DNA from: an uncultured Chloroflexia bacterium
GTDB taxonomy: Bacteria > Chloroflexota > Limnocylindria > Limnocylindrales > CSP1-4
Direction of reading: 5' to 3'
Length of the DNA stretch: 64,000 bases
Assembly: GCA_963720715.1 (NCBI GenBank)
Contig: CAVRGM010000002.1
Location: 129,871-193,870, forward strand
Both the position numbers and the translations under genes were made by a program. The notes beneath the pieces are model-generated. The model worked only from the letters and a program-made list of their open reading frames with translations, had not been told where the DNA came from and searched no databases. Shown here piece by piece: positions 58,426-64,000 of the stretch (its first letter is position 1; each line of letters begins with the position of its first letter).

Positions 58426-58896
58426 TTACTCGCGAACCATCTGGACCGTGGAGCCCAGGTCGATCGTGTTCCCGAAGAGCAACGGGAAGAACGTGTGATA
58501 CGTGTAGGTCACGTTGACCGAAACGGCATCACCGGCCTGCGAACCGGTCGACGACGAGAATGAACAGGACCCCGACGTGGCGATCGCGACGCAGCTCGTG
58601 TTGACCCCGATATCGGCCTTGACCAGCCCGGTCGACACGGACAGGACCTTGCCCTTGGCGACGCTCGGGATCGTGGTGGGATCGCTTGCGATGATGGCCT
58701 GGCGGGCTCCCTCGCGGGCGGCACTGATGACGGTCATCCGGGAGTAGAGCAAGAAGCCGAAGTCCAGGATGCCGGACAAGACCAGCAGGAATGCCGGCAG
58801 GACGATGGCGAATTCCACGAGCGCCTGGCCTCGGGAGCGAGGTCTGCGGCGCCGTCGCCGGGAGCCTGGTGCCAATGATCGGTCGGTGGTAGGCAT
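58426..58896 (-). CDS. TadE-like pseudopilin
   Basis: MPTTDRSLAPGSRRRRRRPRSRGQALVEFAIVLPAFLLVLSGILDFGFLLYSRMTVISAAREGAR. Confidence 0.75.
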   Translation of the reverse strand: MPTTDRSLAPGSRRRRRRPRSRGQALVEFAIVLPAFLLVLSGILDFGFLLYSRMTVISAAREGARQAIIASDPTTIPSVAKGKVLSVSTGLVKADIGVNTSCVAIATSGSCSFSSSTGSQAGDAVSVNVTYTYHTFFPLLFGNTIDLGSTVQMVRE

Positions 58897-58939
58897 CGTG
58901 CCTCGCTGACTGGGCAGAAGTTGGAGGCAATCGTGCGAT

Positions 58940-59047
58940 CAACGTCCTGGGGTGGGCAATGGGACGTTGGTACGGTCGGTCGACCTACCGCGCTTCACAG
59001 CGCGGTGCACTCGGGCGCCACGAAATCGGCGACGGGACGTTGGTACG
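58940..59047. promoter_or_regulatory. Direct repeat GGGACGTTGGTACG x2 (58961-58974 and 59034-59047) plus an inverted half-site CAACGTCC (58940-58947), upstream of the TadE/TadG-vWA pair
   Basis: Read directly. The repeats lie 45-150 nt upstream of the tadE-like ATG at 58896. Confidence 0.4.
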
Positions 59048-59090
59048 ACTTGACGACTCGGGATTCACGCGCGTCGCGAGCCGCGGGCGG

Positions 59091-60254
59091 TCAGCCGCCC
59101 AGCGTTATGAGCCTGGCCAGCCGCTCCCCGGCGCGCTCGAGCGGGACGATCCCGGCGGCCATCGCCTCGGTGACGGTGCATGGTCGTTCAGTCGCCGACA
59201 CCGCGATCGCGCCGACCGCGGCCAGTGCCCGGATGCCATCGGGCTCGACACCGCCACCGATCGCGATGCACGGGACTCCGGCGTCCCTGGCGCGCTGGGC
59301 GACCCCAAGTGCGGTCTTGCCGAACGCGGTCTGGGCGTCGATCCGGCCCTCCCCGGTGATGACGAGGTCGGCCTGGGTCAGGCGAGCTTCGAAGTCGGTC
59401 GCGTCCATCACCAGCTCGACCCCGGGCCGGAGCGCGAATCCCGCGAATCGTGGTCCGATCGCCATGAGCGCGTACCCGACTCCACCGGCGGCACCGGCAC
59501 CTGGTGCGTCACGCAGCGATACCGGTAGGTCGAGCTCGACCTCGAGCAGAGCGGCAAGGTGGGCCAGCCGGCCATCGAGATCGACGACCTGCTCGGGTGT
59601 CGCCCCCTTCTGCGGACCGTAGATGGCGGCCGCACCATCTGGACCGAGGAGGGGATTGGTGACGTCGCAGGCGACCGACAACGCGATCTGCCCGAGGTCC
59701 GGCAGCAAGGCGTCAAGATCGACCGACGCAAGGACCGTCGGGATGCCGCTCGGCGGCGGCGCCTGATCGGCACGTGGTCGATGGTCCATCCCGAGGGCGG
59801 TGAGCATCCCGAACCCGCCGTCCGAGGTCGCGCTACCGCCGATCCCCAGGATGACCTCGCGGATACCCGATCGGGCGACCTCGCCCAGCAACTCACCGAG
59901 CCCGGCCGACGTCGCGTGGACCGCGTCCCGTTCGTCCAGAGTGACCCGCGATAGGCCCGATGACTCGGCCATCTCGATGACGGCCCGCGTGCCATCCACC
60001 GATCGCAGCCAGCGCGCCTCGATCCGACGATGGATCGGGTCGGTCACCTCGGTCTGCCGCCATTCCCAGCCGCCGGCTCCAGCCACCGATTCGAGCGTGC
60101 CCTCGCCACCGTCGGCGAGCGGACAGAGGAGCACGGTGTCATCCGGCCGCGCATTCCGCCAGCCATCGGCCAAGGCGCGCGCGACGTCGACGGAGGTGAC
60201 CGAACCCTTGAATGAATCGGGTGCGATCAGGACGGTCCGCGCTCGACCGGTCAC
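59091..60254 (-). CDS. Glycerate kinase (GarK/GlxK family)
   Basis: GTG at 60254, adjacent to the gpgS stop. VLIAPDSFKGS...GGEGT...ILGIGGSATSDGGFGM...VITGEGRID. Confidence 0.8.
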   Translation of the reverse strand: MTGRARTVLIAPDSFKGSVTSVDVARALADGWRNARPDDTVLLCPLADGGEGTLESVAGAGGWEWRQTEVTDPIHRRIEARWLRSVDGTRAVIEMAESSGLSRVTLDERDAVHATSAGLGELLGEVARSGIREVILGIGGSATSDGGFGMLTALGMDHRPRADQAPPPSGIPTVLASVDLDALLPDLGQIALSVACDVTNPLLGPDGAAAIYGPQKGATPEQVVDLDGRLAHLAALLEVELDLPVSLRDAPGAGAAGGVGYALMAIGPRFAGFALRPGVELVMDATDFEARLTQADLVITGEGRIDAQTAFGKTALGVAQRARDAGVPCIAIGGGVEPDGIRALAAVGAIAVSATERPCTVTEAMAAGIVPLERAGERLARLITLGG

Positions 60255-62242
60255 GATGCCGGGGCGCGCCGCCGTCGGGAGCGCGCGGGACGATCGCTCG
60301 CAGGTTCCGCCGGATCCGGCACCGCACCGGCCTGACCCCGGCGCTCCAGGTATTCGGGGATCCGGATCATGGGTGGACGTTCCTGATCGGCGAGTTCGAT
60401 GACTTCGAGCGACAACCGGCCCTTGCCGGAACGGGGCAGCTTCATGGTCGAGCCGAGTTCGGCGAACAGGCGAGCCTTCCGTCGTTCCTCGAGCCGTTTC
60501 ATGACCGCCTGCAGGATGACGAACGACATCCGGGACAGGCCTTCGAGCTCCTGGTTGCGGTGGATCCGACGCTCCAGGTCGACCTGGCCGAGGCCTTCGA
60601 TGCCGAGTCGCTCGGCAGCGTCGATCAGGTGCCCGATCTCGACCGCGTAACCGGTGAAGAACGGGATGGTCTCGAGGAGCGCCCGCCGCCCGGCGTATTC
60701 GCCCGACAGGGGCTGGATCATGCCGGACAGCTCCGGGTAGAAGAGGTTGATGAGGGGCCGGGCGACGAGCTCCGTGACCCGTCCTCCGCCACCCTCCTTG
60801 AGCACGCCGCCTTCGACGATCGGACGCTGGTAGTAGCCCTTGACGTACTGCAGCCGTGGCTCGTGGAGGAGCGGTCCGAGGGTGCCGTAGACCATCCGCG
60901 GGTGCCAGTTCCTGACATCCGTGTCGGCCCACACGATCAGGTCGCCACTGGTCTCGTAGAGCGACTTCCAGAGTGCCTCGCCCTTGCCCGTGAACGATCC
61001 GTAACGCGGCAGGACGTCCGGATGCTGGACGACCCGAGCCCCTTCCGCCTCGGCGATCTCGCGGGTCCGGTCGGTCGAGGCCGAATCGATGACGAGGACT
61101 TCATCGAGCAGCGGTACCCGGCCGACCATCTCGCGGAGCGCCCGTCGAACGATCGGGCCGATCGTCTCTTCCTCGTTGAGGGTCGGCAGGATGAGGCTGA
61201 CCGTCAGGTTCTGCTTCTCCTTCAGGGTCACCAGCCGGCGCAGGTCGGAGAACTCAGCGTGATGGAAATTCGATTCGCCGAACCAGCGTTCCACTCGAGC
61301 CGGTACCGCTCGCGCTTCCTCGGCCGCACGATCGGCTGCAGCCAGCGTCTCCGCCCGGGCAGCCAGTTGGTCGAACGTCGTCCGCTCGACGGCCTCACGG
61401 GTCTTGACGACCATGACCGTCGGCTTGGCCCTGGCGGCGATGGCTTCAGGCAGCGCCCCGAACAGGTATGGATCGCCATTGCCGCTCGAACCGACCGTCT
61501 GGGCGGATGCGCCCATCACGACCAGGTCCGACTTCTCGGCCTCTTTCAGGATCGCGTTCCGGACGTTCGGCGCCTCGTGCAGGATCGCCTCGCTCCGACC
61601 GGTGATGTGCTGCTTGATGAACGACGCCAGCGCCCGTTCCGCCTGGGCCCGAACGGCCAGGGTGATGCCTGGTGGGACGAGGTGCAGGACGGCGACCGTC
61701 GCATCGTGCTGTCGGGCGATGGCATCGGCGAAATGCAGGGCGAGCTCAGCGTGGGGGCCGCCCCGGACCGGTACGAGGACCCGCCGGATCGTCTTGGTGC
61801 CGCGCTGCTTGACGACGGCGATGTCGCATGGCGCGTCGCGGACCACCTCGTCGATCGTCGGCGAGAAGACCGTCGGGCCGCTGTCATCACGACCGCCGGC
61901 GGCGCGCCCGCCCCAGCCGAAGATGATGAGGTCGGCTTCCTGCTCCGCCGAGGCTTCGATGATCCCTTCCGCGGCATGTCGGCCGATGCGGACGATGGGA
62001 TGGATCGTCGTGCCGTCAGGGGCGAAGTCGAGCACCCGCTGGAGCAGCCGTCGGGCGTGCCTGGCCCGCGTCGCGCCTTCTGACAGGGGCATCCCCTCCG
62101 GGACCTCGACGATGCCCAGGGCCGAGAGTTCGCCGGCCCGCCGATCGAGCATCGCGGCGCCCAGCCGGATCAGCTCCTCGGCGGTCATCGGATTCGCGAC
62201 CGGGATGAGGATGCGGCTGGGCAATGGTGCCTTGACGGCCAT
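60251..62242 (-). CDS. gpgS: Two tandem universal-stress-protein (UspA) domains fused to glucosyl-3-phosphoglycerate synthase (GpgS, GT81)
   Basis: ATG at 62242 (M316 of ORF 60251..63187) shares one nt with the upstream stop (TGATG). USP motifs DLIIFGWGGRAAG and DLVVMGASAQTVGSSG. GpgS core SLILPTLNEEETIGPIV...IVWADTDVRNWHP...GGGRVTELVARPLINLFYPELSGMIQPLSGEYAGRR...HRNQ, which is close to mycobacterial GpgS. Confidence 0.85.
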   Translation of the reverse strand: MAVKAPLPSRILIPVANPMTAEELIRLGAAMLDRRAGELSALGIVEVPEGMPLSEGATRARHARRLLQRVLDFAPDGTTIHPIVRIGRHAAEGIIEASAEQEADLIIFGWGGRAAGGRDDSGPTVFSPTIDEVVRDAPCDIAVVKQRGTKTIRRVLVPVRGGPHAELALHFADAIARQHDATVAVLHLVPPGITLAVRAQAERALASFIKQHITGRSEAILHEAPNVRNAILKEAEKSDLVVMGASAQTVGSSGNGDPYLFGALPEAIAARAKPTVMVVKTREAVERTTFDQLAARAETLAAADRAAEEARAVPARVERWFGESNFHHAEFSDLRRLVTLKEKQNLTVSLILPTLNEEETIGPIVRRALREMVGRVPLLDEVLVIDSASTDRTREIAEAEGARVVQHPDVLPRYGSFTGKGEALWKSLYETSGDLIVWADTDVRNWHPRMVYGTLGPLLHEPRLQYVKGYYQRPIVEGGVLKEGGGGRVTELVARPLINLFYPELSGMIQPLSGEYAGRRALLETIPFFTGYAVEIGHLIDAAERLGIEGLGQVDLERRIHRNQELEGLSRMSFVILQAVMKRLEERRKARLFAELGSTMKLPRSGKGRLSLEVIELADQERPPMIRIPEYLERRGQAGAVPDPAEPASDRPARSRRRRAPAS

Positions 62243-63609
62243 CAGGCTTCGTTCCAGCGGCCGATGAGGTATGGCTTGAGCAGCTCGAACTCGCGGGCCT
62301 GGCGCTCGACGCGCTCTTCGGCCTGTTCCGTGGTGACGCTCCGATTCTCGATGATGAAGCTGCCGACCCGCCCGAAGTAGATCGGGACAAGGGCCGCCAC
62401 GATCGTCTCGAGCGACGGTTTGGGGTCCCGAGCGGCCACGATCAGGTCGTAGACGACCCGGGCCCACAGGTCGTCCGGGAAGTGGAAGCTGGCCACGGCG
62501 TCGGCCATCTCGAGCGTGGTGGCCGTTGTCGAGGCGACATCGCCGCCGAGCCCGAGCCGGGTCCGTGCGACGTCGCCGAGCCTGCCGGCCTCGGCGGCCA
62601 GCTCGAGCACGGTCTCCAACGTCGCCGGGGCGAGCATCCGGCCCCAGGTCTCGGTCAGGGTCAGCGACCCGGCATGGAATTCGGACAGGAGGCGGAGCGT
62701 GTTGACCTCGAGTGGCGGCGGCTCGATGACGCGCTCGAAACCGTAGGCCGGCACGTCGTGGCTGCCCTGGATCGACAACCACCGCTCCGGATAGCGATTG
62801 GCCAGTTCCAGGATGGTCCCGACGACCTGGCGGAACATCGGCCCGAGGTCGGAGCCCGGGTCCTTGGGGTCGTGGATCTTGGCCCCGAGGCGCGTCTGGC
62901 AGACCGCGAAGCCGCCGGTGATGGCCGAGGTCGTCATCCAGATATCGATGCCGAATCGGCTGATCTCGGGGGTCCAGTCGTCGAGTTCGAGATAGTGCTT
63001 GACGAGGTCGCCCGAAACGCCGAAGTCGCCGCCGATGGGCTGTCGGATGCGGTGTCCGTACAGTGCCCGGGTGAGTGGATACGTCACCGTATTGGTGATC
63101 GTCCCGTCGAACTTGTAGCGAGCGTAGAGCGGCGCGACGAAGTCGTAGCCGCCCTTCAGGATCGGCCCGGCCAGCAATTCGATCCATTCCGGGACGATGC
63201 TGCGCAGATCGCTGTCGACGACGACCAGGGCCTGCACCTGGAGCGCGTCGGCCATCTCGAAGATCGTGCGCAGCGCGGCGCCCTTGCCACCGACGCCGTC
63301 GATCTCCGGATAGGTCAGGCTGACCCGTTCGAGGCGGTTGGTCGGACGCACGAGCAGGATCTGTTCGATGTAGTCCGGCGGCTCAGTCTCGACGACGACC
63401 CGGCCCGTGCCGTCGGGCGAGCCGGCGTCCGAATTGACCACGACCGGGTGCAGGTCCGGGAAGTACTGGACCAGGCCAGCCTGAGCAGCGCGGACGACAT
63501 ATCCGATCGTCGCCGCGTTCTTGAAGCTGGGGATGCCGACCATGATGTCGGCCCGGCCGAGTCGCGCGATCTCATCGCGGATGGCCGGTGACAGCGTCGT
63601 CTCTGGCAC
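62242..63609 (-). CDS. GT-A fold glycosyltransferase of unclear specificity, possibly a second glycosylglycerate-pathway transferase
   Basis: GTG start at 63609. IMVGIPSFKNAATIGYVV and VVVDSDLRSIVPEWI (DxD-like). Confidence 0.7.
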   Translation of the reverse strand: MPETTLSPAIRDEIARLGRADIMVGIPSFKNAATIGYVVRAAQAGLVQYFPDLHPVVVNSDAGSPDGTGRVVVETEPPDYIEQILLVRPTNRLERVSLTYPEIDGVGGKGAALRTIFEMADALQVQALVVVDSDLRSIVPEWIELLAGPILKGGYDFVAPLYARYKFDGTITNTVTYPLTRALYGHRIRQPIGGDFGVSGDLVKHYLELDDWTPEISRFGIDIWMTTSAITGGFAVCQTRLGAKIHDPKDPGSDLGPMFRQVVGTILELANRYPERWLSIQGSHDVPAYGFERVIEPPPLEVNTLRLLSEFHAGSLTLTETWGRMLAPATLETVLELAAEAGRLGDVARTRLGLGGDVASTTATTLEMADAVASFHFPDDLWARVVYDLIVAARDPKPSLETIVAALVPIYFGRVGSFIIENRSVTTEQAEERVERQAREFELLKPYLIGRWNEA

Positions 63610-63627
63610 CCATAAACCCTACCACCC

Positions 63628-64000
63628 TCAGCGGCGGGGCATGCCTCCGACCGCCCAGTCGGGGCTCGTCACGCCCGATCTATACCGGCTGTTTGCGGCC
63701 TTGTAGGTGAGTCCAGCGAAGCCCTGGGCTCGCCAGGACGACAACCACGTGTCGATCGGCGGCCGGACGTAGATCCCGTGCCGGATGAGGTCCGACTCGA
63801 CGATGACGCTATCGAGGAGACGACGTCGCTCAAGGAGTGGGACGTCCAGCAAGGACGTCTCATCGAGCCAAAGCAGATCGGTGGCGACGAAGCTGATCTC
63901 CTCATCTGGATCGAGGGTCCGTGCCGCAAGCGCCTCCTCGCGCAAGCGTGACGGCGTCCGCGGCGCGGTTTCGACGAAGGCCGATCAGCGAACTCAGCGA
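63628..64000 (-). pseudogene. ATP-dependent DNA ligase fragment: the C-terminal part of the adenylation domain only, with no OB domain. It is either truncated or runs off the window edge.
   Basis: EEISFVATDLLWLDETSLLDVPLLERRRLLDSV...AQGFAGLTYKAANSRYRSGVTSPDWAV aligns to ligase motifs IV-VI (EGxVxK...Y.PG.R...W.K). The stop at 63628 comes immediately after motif VI. Confidence 0.35.

Noticed and set aside
60212-62083. 623-aa plus-strand ORF antisense to the USP-GpgS gene
   Set aside because: No recognisable domains; composition typical of a high-GC antisense ORF. The opposite strand encodes a near-textbook GpgS.
62242-63187. N-terminal 315 aa of the 978-aa ORF 60251..63187 (MDRIAGRADPEGRLRLRR...)
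   Set aside because: It overlaps the well-supported GT gene 62242..63609 on the same strand in another frame and is extremely Arg-rich. The real gpgS fusion starts at the internal ATG at 62242.

Overview
High-GC (about 70%) bacterial chromosome segment whose gene content looks actinobacterial, though that is a guess. About 65 genes are dense on both strands, with GGAGG-type ribosome-binding sites and frequent start/stop overlaps (ATGA, GTGA).

From 1 to about 42 kb the window is mostly conserved housekeeping and metabolic genes:
- a stand-alone Prim-PolC-like polymerase and a LigC-like ATP ligase (end-joining / base-excision-repair backup), with a SnoaL/VOC fusion gene between them;
- ribosomal protein L25/Ctc;
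- an MprAB-like two-component system followed by an HtrA/PepD-like protease;
- folC-folP-folB;
- a PknB-like kinase with PASTA domains;
- galU;
- tRNA-Glu;
- a LacI / MalEFG / three tandem GH13 alpha-glucan locus;
- tdh-kbl;
- a frameshifted ECF sigma factor with its anti-sigma factor.

From about 42.9 to 51 kb, and again at 56.8 to 58.9 kb, lies what looks like an accessory surface-appendage locus on the minus strand. It holds three TadE-like / TadG-like pseudopilin pairs, two of them arranged as a tandemly duplicated module that also includes TadE-like proteins fused to PKD domains. The duplicated modules are followed by two paralogous collagen-like (G-X-Y repeat) proteins. No Tad core genes (tadA/B/C, flp pilin, prepilin peptidase) are present in the window. 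This locus concentrates at least six frameshifts, so it is either decaying or assembled with indel errors.

The 3' end carries a glucosylglycerate-type operon: a glycosyltransferase, a USP-USP-GpgS fusion and a glycerate kinase. It is followed by a truncated second ATP-dependent ligase fragment at the window edge.

Non-coding signals include a recurring 13-bp palindrome GGCGCCWGGCGCC that flanks an XRE-family regulator, GC-rich terminator-like hairpins, and short tandem or direct repeats near the Tad-like genes.

No CRISPR array, IS element or integrase was seen.
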